52,368 nucleotides of DNA. Origin: a virus. Positions 42,958 to 51,568 of this stretch are shown here, one piece after another (position 1 is the first letter of the stretch; every line of letters begins with the position of its first letter). Both the position numbers and the translations under genes were made by a program. The notes under the pieces were generated by a model. It was given only the letters and a program-made list of their open reading frames with translations. It did not search any database and was not told the origin of the DNA. The DNA is taken from the IMG/VR virus record IMGVR_UViG_3300045988_112980, one strand, 5' to 3'.

Positions 42958-44028
42958 TTATAAATATTTGTTTGCCGCCTCAATCAAAGTGTCAGCATAG
43001 TTATAAATGTCATTGATTGAATTTAACTTGTACATCTTCTCGCTTTTGTTTTCATCAATGATTGCAAGCCGTTTTCTTGTAGGAGGGTCAAAATAAAAGC
43101 GGCAGACGGTCTTCCGAACATTATTGTCTATGGAAACCCCGAAATAGGAACGTGTGTCTTTATAAGTGATTCGTTCAACCGGGAAAACGTTTCTCAGAAG
43201 TGATTTCACGATATAGAACGCTTCCAGTTCTTCCGCTGTGGTTACAATGCCGTTGTCGGGTTGTTCTTCATCTGTCGGCTGTTGAACTGTTGTGATGTTC
43301 TGTTCTGCTGGTTGTTCTTCGTCTTTTATGGCGGCTTTCAATCGGTCTGATATTATATCGCTAACATAGTTGTTGATTGTGCGTTTTACAAGCGTTGAGA
43401 ACTGTTCAAGCACTTTAGGGGTAAATACCCCATCATACACTTGTTTCCCGAAGAACCGAACAAAATCAGGGGATGGGTTCGTGAACTCTTTCCCGATGAC
43501 GGTTCTCAGTTCCCCCATATATTTAAGTTCACTCGCTGAACTCAAAATCATATCAACATCAAAATACGATTTGTGGAACTTTTTCAACTCTTCTATTTGC
43601 GTGTCTTTCAGGTCAAGCATATTGATTTCCAAAAACGGCTTTTCATCCATAATATTAGGTTCTGAAAGGTCTGTGTAGAACCTATATGTTATACCGTTTG
43701 TCAGGACACCGAATTTAGCCTTTGAGACGTTGAAGTAACGCAACAGTTGATTGTCATGCAGGTTTAGGTCTTGCTCCCAATGTTTACATTCAATAAGTAT
43801 TATCGGCTCGCCGTCTCTCATTATGGCATAGTCGATTTTCTCGCCTTTCTTTGTGCCGATGTCACAACACATTTCAGGCAACACCTCCAAAGGGTTGAAG
43901 ACATCATAACCCAATGCGTTTATAAAAGGCATAATCAAAGCCGTCTTTGTCGCTTCTTCTGTCGGAAGATTGGCTTTGAGGGTATCAATGCGCTCCGAGA
44001 TTTGTTTAATTGAATCTTTGAAATCCAT
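42958..44028 (-). CDS. HsdR-N-terminal-like (PD-(D/E)xK) nuclease-domain protein (moron); the ORF-track start at 44127 is rejected
   Basis: The sequence KIDYAIMRDGEPIILIECKHW...GVLTNGITYRFY is typical of the type I restriction HsdR N-terminal-like domain. Confidence 0.55.
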   Translation of the reverse strand: MDFKDSIKQISERIDTLKANLPTEEATKTALIMPFINALGYDVFNPLEVLPEMCCDIGTKKGEKIDYAIMRDGEPIILIECKHWEQDLNLHDNQLLRYFNVSKAKFGVLTNGITYRFYTDLSEPNIMDEKPFLEINMLDLKDTQIEELKKFHKSYFDVDMILSSASELKYMGELRTVIGKEFTNPSPDFVRFFGKQVYDGVFTPKVLEQFSTLVKRTINNYVSDIISDRLKAAIKDEEQPAEQNITTVQQPTDEEQPDNGIVTTAEELEAFYIVKSLLRNVFPVERITYKDTRSYFGVSIDNNVRKTVCRFYFDPPTRKRLAIIDENKSEKMYKLNSINDIYNYADTLIEAANKYL

Positions 44029-44091
44029 ATATCTGTTATTTAACGGGTTCTCTTTATAGTGATTGCCGTTGTTCACAGATACACACAAAAA

Positions 44092-44177
44092 ACGTGGGCA
44101 TTCCTTGTCGGTAAGAGGCATCGCCAAACGCCCAGTAACTCTACAAAGGAAATGCCCACGTATATGACGTGGGCATT
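44092..44177 (-). promoter_or_regulatory. Leader with three copies of an 11-mer (AATGCCCACGT / ACGTGGGCATT / AATGCCCACGT plus T6): an attenuator-like or operator element
   Basis: Arms 1 and 2 form an 11-bp hairpin with a 5-nt loop. Arm 2 can alternatively pair with arm 3, which is followed by TTTTTT. Confidence 0.45.
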
Positions 44178-44265
44178 CACCATTGCTTTTGAGTTACTTA
44201 GAAATTTTGGCGATTTTCTTACCTCAAAACAATAGCAAACGCTATACTTTTCAAATATGTCGGTT

Positions 44266-44273
44266 CAAAGATA
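44266..44273 (-). promoter_or_regulatory. Bacteroides-type -7 box TATCTTTG for the moron operon
   Basis: Matches TAnnTTTG in the 200-bp gap after the lysis genes. Confidence 0.45.
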
Positions 44274-44328
44274 GCGATAATTGCCAAAATTCCGATATAA
44301 TTTCCGATTTTATTTCTTTATAAGATAA

Positions 44329-44820
44329 TCAGATAAGCCATTTTACAAGGGATAAAATCTTTTTCCTATAAACAATCACAAGAATGAAAAGGATGACCCA
44401 AAAGCCGTAAATCTGTGTTTTCTGCCACCAAGTAAGGTCACGGGGAACTTTTTCGATTTTCGTTTTTGTTACGGTCTTTGTCTTATAAATAACGCTGTCT
44501 TTGCGTTCAACGGGCTTTTCAAACTCTACTGGCTTTTTCTGCGGCTTAGTCTTCAAGTTATGGTATAAAGTTCCGTCAGGGTTTATCCGTGCGTCAGACG
44601 TTGCGTAATCGTTTTCAAGATGCGATGTACTATCGGCTGTTTCACGTTCTGACGTTTGTGCCGGTATTTCAATAAAGACAGTATCGGGTACGTATTCAAT
44701 ACGGGTTTCAACCCTAACGTCCACGCTGTCTTGTTGATGAACGTTTTCAGAAAGACGGCGGCTTGAAGCGCAGCCGCCTATAATGAATGTCAATAGTAAG
44801 AGCAGGGGAAGATGTTTCAT
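44329..44820 (-). CDS. Unimolecular spanin-like protein (N-terminal lipoprotein signal plus C-terminal TM helix)
   Basis: LLLLTFIIGGCASS is a lipobox and IYGFWVILFILVIVY is a C-terminal TM segment. It lies directly after the endolysin. Confidence 0.55.
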   Translation of the reverse strand: MKHLPLLLLLTFIIGGCASSRRLSENVHQQDSVDVRVETRIEYVPDTVFIEIPAQTSERETADSTSHLENDYATSDARINPDGTLYHNLKTKPQKKPVEFEKPVERKDSVIYKTKTVTKTKIEKVPRDLTWWQKTQIYGFWVILFILVIVYRKKILSLVKWLI

Positions 44821-44823
44821 TTT

Positions 44824-45411
44824 TCAGATTGTCTTTAAGTAGTTGATAATACCTTTGACATGAAGACAGACAATCGTTTCTTTTCCCGCTTCTGACAGAA
44901 GAAACGCCACGTCTTCTTTATTGTCTTGAAAAAGGTTCTCAGTCAGAACGGCGGGGCATTTTGTGTGTTTCAAGATATACAAATGCCCCTCTTTGTCGGG
45001 GTCTCCGTCCGTTGTGTCCTTTCTAATTTTGAAGTCTGTTTCCTCTGCCGCTTTATACAGACAGTCTGCCATTTTATCGGCGGCTGTCTGACCGACAGAA
45101 GTCCACGCTTCCCATCCACGTGCGTTCATCCATTGAGAACCGTTTCCCGCTGCATTACAATGAATAGAAACGAGAATGACGTTCTTCGTTCCTATTCTGT
45201 CACAAATGGAATTTACACGCCGACACCGTTCGGATAGGCTGATGTCGTTTTCTTCTTTGACGATACGTTCAGCGTCAAAGCCTCGTTTCTTCAACTCTGA
45301 TACAACTTTTTCGGCGATTTCTCTTGCGTATTTGTACTCTCTCAAAGAGCCGTCAGGGGAACGCTTGCCCGCCGTGTCAACCCCGTGACCGTTGTCAATT
45401 AGAATTTTCAT
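44824..45411 (-). CDS. N-acetylmuramoyl-L-alanine amidase (endolysin, Amidase_3-like)
   Basis: The sequence contains MKILIDNGHGVDTAGKRSP...ILVSIHCNAAGNG...LTENLFQDN. Confidence 0.75.
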   Translation of the reverse strand: MKILIDNGHGVDTAGKRSPDGSLREYKYAREIAEKVVSELKKRGFDAERIVKEENDISLSERCRRVNSICDRIGTKNVILVSIHCNAAGNGSQWMNARGWEAWTSVGQTAADKMADCLYKAAEETDFKIRKDTTDGDPDKEGHLYILKHTKCPAVLTENLFQDNKEDVAFLLSEAGKETIVCLHVKGIINYLKTI

Positions 45412-45419
45412 ACTCGTTT

Positions 45420-46022
45420 TTATTTATATTCGGGTAATAGGTATTGAATATTCATCGCACATCGGTGCATAATCTCTCTCGCTTCATCTTCTGATACATG
45501 AATCGGGCGTGTAAACTCACAGAAAATAGAACCGACCCAATCATGCTTGTTATCATTTAAACGCTTTACCACAGCCGCCTCGCATCCGTAACTTGATAGG
45601 ATTGATTTTGCGTATTTGTCTTGAACCTGTGTGTTTATATCCGTGATATACATAAACAGGTTTTTAACCATATCAGAACTGAATTTAGCCACGTCTGCGA
45701 TACGAAGATTTTGTACATGTGGTTTCATTGGCTCAACACCTTTACGCTTTACTTCATAATAGATTGATAACAGACTTTCATTGCCCAACGGGTGGGGCTG
45801 AACAATATAAACTCTGTCAGCGTCAAGTTCGTGAAGAATGTTCCATAATTCCCCGTAAACGATAGAAGAATTATCGGCTCGGCGAATGCTTTTGATTTCT
45901 TCATCCTTTCTGAACTTCTCAATTTTTAAGTCCGTGAGTTTGTTTTTCGTGTACTGATTATAAGCAAACCATGCGGCGATGATTGTGCCTATTGCGCTGA
46001 TAATAGCTGGTAAATATTCCAT
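45420..46022 (-). CDS. N-terminally anchored membrane protein in the holin position (200 aa, start at MEYLPAI)
   Basis: It has a single TM segment, LPAIISAIGTIIAAWFAY. The -7 box at 46050..46043 excludes the longer ORF. Confidence 0.45.
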   Translation of the reverse strand: MEYLPAIISAIGTIIAAWFAYNQYTKNKLTDLKIEKFRKDEEIKSIRRADNSSIVYGELWNILHELDADRVYIVQPHPLGNESLLSIYYEVKRKGVEPMKPHVQNLRIADVAKFSSDMVKNLFMYITDINTQVQDKYAKSILSSYGCEAAVVKRLNDNKHDWVGSIFCEFTRPIHVSEDEAREIMHRCAMNIQYLLPEYK

Positions 46023-46042
46023 AAGTCTTTGATTTTTATTTG

Positions 46043-46050
46043 CAAATATA
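46043..46050 (-). promoter_or_regulatory. Bacteroides-type -7 box TATATTTG for the lysis cassette
   Basis: Matches TAnnTTTG, 6 nt downstream of motif copy 7. Confidence 0.45.
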
Positions 46051-46056
46051 CACAAA

Positions 46057-46075
46057 CTGATTATAATGTAATCAC
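46057..46075. promoter_or_regulatory. Dispersed regulatory motif, copy 7 (CTGATTA-TAATG-TAATCAC)
   Basis: 7-5-7 inverted repeat. Confidence 0.5.
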
Positions 46076-46103
46076 TTTTAAAGTTGTTTAATTATAATCT
46101 CTT

Positions 46104-49100
46104 TTAATTCTGTCTATTGATTATTCTCGCTGTATAGGTCAGGGGATAACCGCCTTTGCTGCCACCTTTACTTGAATCATATATAAGTAACACCGTGAGA
46201 CTGTCACCTGCTCCCATTGCCAAACTATCCCAATGATCGTTGTCCCAATGTACCAGATTGGGATATTCAGACGTGTTCCACGGATAGGTGTTATCACTAC
46301 TTTTCTTGCTGTTTCTTCCGTATATATCAAAATCCCTTGAATCAAGGTCTGCGATAATTGTGAATTCCACACAGAACTTAGTGCTGCTTCCTATACTAAG
46401 AGCGTCCCTTACCTCTGAAAGTTTAGGCAGAGTGATGCCTGAATTATCCACGCTGCTATAAATTACCCATCGGTTATTATCTTTAAGATTTGAATAACCA
46501 CTATAAATAGTATTGGCACTTGTCAGATTATATTTGCTGTATTTGTAACCTCCTATCCATCCGTCCAAATTCCCGTTTCCGCTTCCTAAAAAAGCATGGT
46601 TATAACGCCCGTTTTTTGCGGAGAACAAAGTTGCTATGTTCCTGTTCAATCCCCACCAATCGGACGTGTCCTCATTCTCAAATCTTGCTACGGCTCTCAA
46701 TCCTGATGATGTCGGCAGCACGTTTCCTCCGATACCCGCAAAACATTTATGTGCGTCATTACGGAATATCACATACGCATCATTGTTAAACGGGGTATTT
46801 GTAAGCCCGTTTCCGCTGACACTGAACCCGGCTATCTTTGAACTCCCGGTAACTGTCAGGTGTTCCGCAACAAGTTCGGTCACTTTGACCAATTTGGCAA
46901 GCAAAGCCGCCGTGACAATAAGTTCAGCATTAATCAATGTCGTGTTGATTTTACCTCCTACAATGATGGTTTCATTAGCGGCGGCTTTCTTTTCCAAGTC
47001 AGCGAAATTTGTATATCCCAAGTCTTTCGCTATGGCGTTCTTTGCGCTCTCAACGGCGGCGTTGGCGGTGTTGAGAACCGAATCTGAATACCCCTTCAGC
47101 GTGTCTTGAATAGCTTTATTGGCGGCTTCTACGGCTGTGTTAAAGTCGGCATACGCACTGTTGAAAGTGGCATATTTGTTATCAACATTGTTTTTTTCGG
47201 TTACAGTGGTTCTACCATCGGCGATAGCGGAATTGATTGCGCTGATAAGGTTTTCAATACTGCCCATAAGCGTAACCTTGGCATTCAGAAGCCCGGTTTT
47301 TGCCGTTCCCGTAAGATAGGCGTTTGTGTACAGTTTGTTATACGCAGCTTCCACGGCGGCTTTCGTGTTGTTCACTGTGTTGATGTACTTCTCAATCGCT
47401 TTCGCTTCCGCTTCCGTAATAATGCCGTCAGCGAACGCACCGTCCACATAGTCGTTTAAATCTCCAACGGCGGTATTGGCGTTCTTTGCGCTCTCAACGG
47501 CGGCGTTGGCGGTGTTCTGAGCCTGAGTTATCAAACCGTTCACGGCTTCCCATTCATCAAGTTCATATAAGCCCGATGAACCTGATTTGAACTTTATTTG
47601 CCCGGATATGATACCTTTCAATAAATCAAAATAAGTGTTCCCGTCTGTGGAAACAATCCTGTCTGTCGTGATACGTCCCGGAAGGATTTCTGTAAAACCG
47701 TACAGAGTGACAAAACTCCGTTCTTCATTATATTCAGAGTTCAGGACACCGACAAGAAGATGATAGAAGCCTGAAACACCCTCTAATTTGATTGCATTTT
47801 CAGACAGGGTGAAAACACCTGTTTGTGCCGTCTTTGAGACTTTTGCATACAAATAATACTTCTTCTTACCGTCATCAAGCACTGCGCTTGTGTAGGCTGT
47901 CATATCCCAAAATTTATATTCCGAAACCTTGTGCGATGCACTGACCGTATTGATACCGAGGGTCATGTGTTGTATGATACCCGCTGCCGCTGTCAGTTGT
48001 TTCGTCTCATTGTCATAGACAATTCTGTGCGTAACCGGGACGGGGTTTGTCTTTGAGTTCACAAAACGGAATTGAAGACTTTCATCGCCTACAAGCATTG
48101 ACATCGTTTGAACGGCAATCGGGTTGATTGAGTTCGTGAAATTGTCGAGCAATGCTTCTTCCAACATGCTGATTGTTTCCTTTGCGTCCCTAAACCGTCT
48201 TTTAGTGAATTGAATAGCGTCACGATGTAGGTCATCAACGATGACTTCCTCACTTTTCAGGTCATTCAATGTTGATGAAACACTGCCGCTTACCGTTGTG
48301 TTTGAAAGTTCAATCACGGGGCTGTGCGGTTTATTGATATAATCTTTTATACCCGTTATACGCACGAGAACGCCGTCTTTCTGAAACTGATCGTCAGAGA
48401 AACGGATATATCCCCCGAGTTTGATGCGCCCCCCGATGTTTACCCAATCTTTTTTCGACCATATCCCGTCAAGTTCTCCCGTAAAAGTGAATTTCAGGTC
48501 TTCATTATCAAACAAGCATTTTACAGCCGCCCGGAACATATCCCATGATGCGCCTGTTTTCGTGGCATTATCACAAATGTAAGCAGTGGGAAGCATACAT
48601 TTGAATACGGCATACTTATCGCCCGATTTAGGGGCGAATGTGGTATTTGGCATAGTTTGCCCGTCTATGTCTGCGGGAACAATCTCAAAACGGCGTGCCG
48701 CCTTTCCTTTAACGGCATTATGGTAATATTTAACCTCAAACTCCCGTCCGGCAAGCATACCCGTCTGAAAAACAACGGTCATAGTTTCCCCCTCTATCAA
48801 GCATTCTTCATAATTCAGTGAAGATGGGATTGACGTGTCAACAATGTCATAAAAGTTGTTTTTCTCATCAACAACTACAACCGTGTTGACCGTACCGACA
48901 CGTTTCGGGTAAATCTCAGAACAGTCAAGACTATCTTCGGCGAGTGATGACAGTTGTTTGTCATCACGGCGTATTGAAAGCCCTGCTTCATCAACGACAT
49001 AACGGCGGGCGTTCTTGGCTATGAAGCCGTCTTCATCTTCAAAATGTTCGCCGTCATAAGCGAGTGTTTGGTTCTTGGGAAGAAGAAGCTCGGAAGAACC

Positions 49101-49766
49101 GTATTTTGACGGGTCTATATTGTCCGTACCGCCTTGAACGAACAAAATTTCCGTTGGCGGGTTGTCTCCCGTATTTGAACGTCCGACACCCGGCTTGAAC
49201 CCGTTGCCACATCCATAAGACAGCGGGAGGGGGTTACTTTTGTTGTATTCAATCTTACGTAATGACACACGTTTTCCCGTAAACTCGTATTCTGTCTTGA
49301 ACGTTGAAGCCATGCGGGTTAGAGCGTCAATACAAAAATCATGGTCATAGGCAATCAGGGTTTCAACACCGTCAATACATTCGCCAACCATCCATCCTTT
49401 GTCACGGCGGTTCATATTGTCAACAAACATTTGAAGATGTTCATGTGGCTTTGCAGTCAACGAAAATTTCAAACGTCCGTCAACCGGGTTTCTGAATTTC
49501 CAAACTTTTGCGTTTGCTTCGGGCGGGTCAAAAAGCACCGTGTATTCAAACAATCTTTTATGTTTCATCTTGAAATTCTCCGGGCGTTTGAGCGTGAACG
49601 TTTCGCCTTGAAACTCACAGTAAGAGCCTACTGGGATTTCAACGTGTTCAGGGAGCGAATAATACAACGTTAAACTATGGTCTCCCATGACAGCCCTATT
49701 GCGGTAACTGTTATCGTCAACCTCGATTTCAAGAACCTTGCTTCCGGCATTATTGTAAATTATCAT
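46104..49766 (-). CDS. Tail-associated (Tal-like) host-specificity/fibre protein
   Basis: 1220-aa ORF. The central region carries Ala/Asn-rich helical modules shared with the 1365 and 2138 genes. Confidence 0.6.
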   Translation of the reverse strand: MIIYNNAGSKVLEIEVDDNSYRNRAVMGDHSLTLYYSLPEHVEIPVGSYCEFQGETFTLKRPENFKMKHKRLFEYTVLFDPPEANAKVWKFRNPVDGRLKFSLTAKPHEHLQMFVDNMNRRDKGWMVGECIDGVETLIAYDHDFCIDALTRMASTFKTEYEFTGKRVSLRKIEYNKSNPLPLSYGCGNGFKPGVGRSNTGDNPPTEILFVQGGTDNIDPSKYGSSELLLPKNQTLAYDGEHFEDEDGFIAKNARRYVVDEAGLSIRRDDKQLSSLAEDSLDCSEIYPKRVGTVNTVVVVDEKNNFYDIVDTSIPSSLNYEECLIEGETMTVVFQTGMLAGREFEVKYYHNAVKGKAARRFEIVPADIDGQTMPNTTFAPKSGDKYAVFKCMLPTAYICDNATKTGASWDMFRAAVKCLFDNEDLKFTFTGELDGIWSKKDWVNIGGRIKLGGYIRFSDDQFQKDGVLVRITGIKDYINKPHSPVIELSNTTVSGSVSSTLNDLKSEEVIVDDLHRDAIQFTKRRFRDAKETISMLEEALLDNFTNSINPIAVQTMSMLVGDESLQFRFVNSKTNPVPVTHRIVYDNETKQLTAAAGIIQHMTLGINTVSASHKVSEYKFWDMTAYTSAVLDDGKKKYYLYAKVSKTAQTGVFTLSENAIKLEGVSGFYHLLVGVLNSEYNEERSFVTLYGFTEILPGRITTDRIVSTDGNTYFDLLKGIISGQIKFKSGSSGLYELDEWEAVNGLITQAQNTANAAVESAKNANTAVGDLNDYVDGAFADGIITEAEAKAIEKYINTVNNTKAAVEAAYNKLYTNAYLTGTAKTGLLNAKVTLMGSIENLISAINSAIADGRTTVTEKNNVDNKYATFNSAYADFNTAVEAANKAIQDTLKGYSDSVLNTANAAVESAKNAIAKDLGYTNFADLEKKAAANETIIVGGKINTTLINAELIVTAALLAKLVKVTELVAEHLTVTGSSKIAGFSVSGNGLTNTPFNNDAYVIFRNDAHKCFAGIGGNVLPTSSGLRAVARFENEDTSDWWGLNRNIATLFSAKNGRYNHAFLGSGNGNLDGWIGGYKYSKYNLTSANTIYSGYSNLKDNNRWVIYSSVDNSGITLPKLSEVRDALSIGSSTKFCVEFTIIADLDSRDFDIYGRNSKKSSDNTYPWNTSEYPNLVHWDNDHWDSLAMGAGDSLTVLLIYDSSKGGSKGGYPLTYTARIINRQN
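47034..47072 (-). repeat. 39-bp perfect direct repeat, copy A
   Basis: Identical to 47478..47516. Confidence 0.9.
47478..47516 (-). repeat. 39-bp perfect direct repeat, copy B (444 bp from copy A, in frame)
   Basis: Identical to 47034..47072; it encodes NTANAAVESAKNA. Confidence 0.9.
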
Positions 49767-49832
49767 ACTACTAAAAACTTTGAGTTATTTTTCCCGAATT
49801 TCCCCGTGGTTGAACTTTCTTTTTAAAATGGT

Positions 49833-49851
49833 GTGATTATATTGTAATCAC
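49833..49851. promoter_or_regulatory. Dispersed regulatory motif, copy 8 (GTGATTA-TATTG-TAATCAC, perfect palindromic arms)
   Basis: Lies upstream of the 1220-aa gene and is followed by TTTTT. Confidence 0.5.
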
Positions 49852-49901
49852 TTTTTGAGCGTTCTACGGGGCTAAAAAAGGCTTTTTCAAGAATAACCAT
49901 T

Positions 49902-49941
49902 CTTCCCGTCACATTTTATGTTTGAATAACGTGACGGGAAG
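49902..49941 (-). terminator. 11-bp stem hairpin (CTTCCCGTCAC-N18-GTGACGGGAAG) at the end of the DGR operon
   Basis: Read directly. It starts 14 nt after the stop at 49955 and has no strong T-tract. Confidence 0.4.
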
Positions 49942-49954
49942 CGGTTTTTACAAG

Positions 49955-50368
49955 TTACAGAATACCGTATTCAAGGCAGTCTGCATCCACTTGCGCTTTC
50001 AGGGTAGCACGTTCGGATAGATAGGCTTTGTATGCCTCAATCTTTGCCTTGGCTTCCTCGCTTGACTTCGCCCCTCCAATCATACCGAGGTTCGCTGCGT
50101 TGAACTCATTCACAAGTTTTTGTTCCCGGTTGTTGTCCCATTTCTCCGTGATAACTGTTTCAGTTATCTTGTTTGAAGAAAGCGGAGCCCACACGGTAAC
50201 TTCTTCACATTTCCATTGTTCCTGAACCGGGGCTTCATCGTCAGAAGCGAGTTCGCTTGGTTCAACGGTGGCGGGTTTTTCAACTTTCTGAATGTTGAAG
50301 CGGTAAACGTAACTTCCGTTTCCGACAGCCTCCAATTTGGTCGGCTGATTGTCATAAAATGCTATCAT
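49955..50368 (-). CDS. Hypothetical protein overlapping the RT stop by 17 nt
   Basis: 137-aa ORF, the last gene of the DGR transcription unit. Confidence 0.5.
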   Translation of the reverse strand: MIAFYDNQPTKLEAVGNGSYVYRFNIQKVEKPATVEPSELASDDEAPVQEQWKCEEVTVWAPLSSNKITETVITEKWDNNREQKLVNEFNAANLGMIGGAKSSEEAKAKIEAYKAYLSERATLKAQVDADCLEYGIL

Positions 50369-51419
50369 AATAACACGGTTTAATGATTGTTTTTAATAAA
50401 TGTTTACTATCACTATGTTTCGCCCAACCGAGCCACGGGGCGACAGCCTGCTTATAAGCCTTTGCGTCAAGCGGAGGTTTGCGGCGGTTTAGCCGTGAGA
50501 CGGTATGGCAGAAATTCTTCTTAATGCTCTTGCGGATAAGTTTCTGTTTCCGAAAGAACAAATAACCGACATAATCAAGCGCACGCCCATGTTTGTCATA
50601 ACGGTTCTTTGCGATAGGGAATATCTGATAATTGCCTTTAATACTTAGTTCAAGTTCTTCCTCGATATATTCTTTTATGAACTTGAAAACCTGATGAAGA
50701 ACGTCCTTGCTTTCAGCCAAGAACGGTATATCGTCAGCGTATTCAATCGCTTTGATATATGGCTTTTCTTTCAGGTTCAAAGCCTTTCTGACAAGTTCCG
50801 GCAAACACTCGTTTACCCAATGCATGAAATAGCATAAATACAGGTTTGCGAGATATTGTGAGAGATAGTTCCCGATTGGAAGACCTTGTGCGCTGTCTAT
50901 GATTTCGTCAAGAAGCCACAACAGGTCAGCGTCCTTGATTTTACGGCGTATCAGTCTTTTCATCACATTGTGACTGATTGAGGGATAATACTTCTTGATG
51001 TCAATTTTCAGGCAATATAAGGGCTTTCCCTCAAACTCCTTTATTATCTTGTCAACTTGATGGGCGCACCCCTCTATACCACGTTTCTTGACACAAGAAT
51101 AAGTATTGTGCGTGAATGTTTTGACCCATATCGGTTCAAGAACATTCATAATTGCGTGATGTACTATTCTGTCGGGATAGTACGGAAGACGGAAAATAAG
51201 CCTTTCCTTTGGTTCAAAAATCGTGAAGACATCATAAGGAGAGGTTTTGAACGTCTTTGTCAGCAAGGCTTCATGTAAGGCAAGAATATTCGCTTCACGG
51301 TTCTTGTCGTGAACCCTGACCCCGTATGTGTGCGTTTTACCCTTGCGAGCCTTTCTGTCAGCTTCCCGCAAGTTCTCAACGGAGATTATGGTCTTATATA
51401 AGTTTCCTATTCTTTTCAT
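50352..51419 (-). CDS. DGR reverse transcriptase
   Basis: 355-aa ORF with the catalytic IEYADDIPF (YADD) motif and the DGR-typical LPIGNYLSQYLANLYL (IGxxxSQ) motif. TR lies 149 nt upstream. Confidence 0.9.
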   Translation of the reverse strand: MKRIGNLYKTIISVENLREADRKARKGKTHTYGVRVHDKNREANILALHEALLTKTFKTSPYDVFTIFEPKERLIFRLPYYPDRIVHHAIMNVLEPIWVKTFTHNTYSCVKKRGIEGCAHQVDKIIKEFEGKPLYCLKIDIKKYYPSISHNVMKRLIRRKIKDADLLWLLDEIIDSAQGLPIGNYLSQYLANLYLCYFMHWVNECLPELVRKALNLKEKPYIKAIEYADDIPFLAESKDVLHQVFKFIKEYIEEELELSIKGNYQIFPIAKNRYDKHGRALDYVGYLFFRKQKLIRKSIKKNFCHTVSRLNRRKPPLDAKAYKQAVAPWLGWAKHSDSKHLLKTIIKPCYYDSIL

Positions 51420-51568
51420 ACTTCTGCTTTGCTTTTCTTAGTCAGAGTTTTCGGTAGCCCATACAACAGGCGTTCCTACCAACACTTTTAGGAGGTTTGC
51501 TTGAAATCTTTTGCCAAGTGGCAAGGCTGTCATTCTTTTATTTTGTTTCATATTGTCAAAACCAATTT
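51420..51568 (-). ncRNA. TR-RT spacer (part of the DGR template RNA)
   Basis: 149-nt non-coding gap in the position of the priming spacer of characterised DGRs. Confidence 0.5.

Noticed and set aside
44029-44127. The N-terminal 33-codon extension of the nuclease-domain ORF
   Set aside because: It runs through the triple 11-mer and T6 leader element. The conserved domain begins after the ATG at 44028.
49833-49851. The GTGATTA-N5-TAATCAC hairpins followed by TTTT as intrinsic terminators
   Set aside because: The stems are 7-bp and AT-rich. The T-run lies on the plus strand while the flanking genes are on the minus strand at most sites. Their positions match promoters rather than gene ends.
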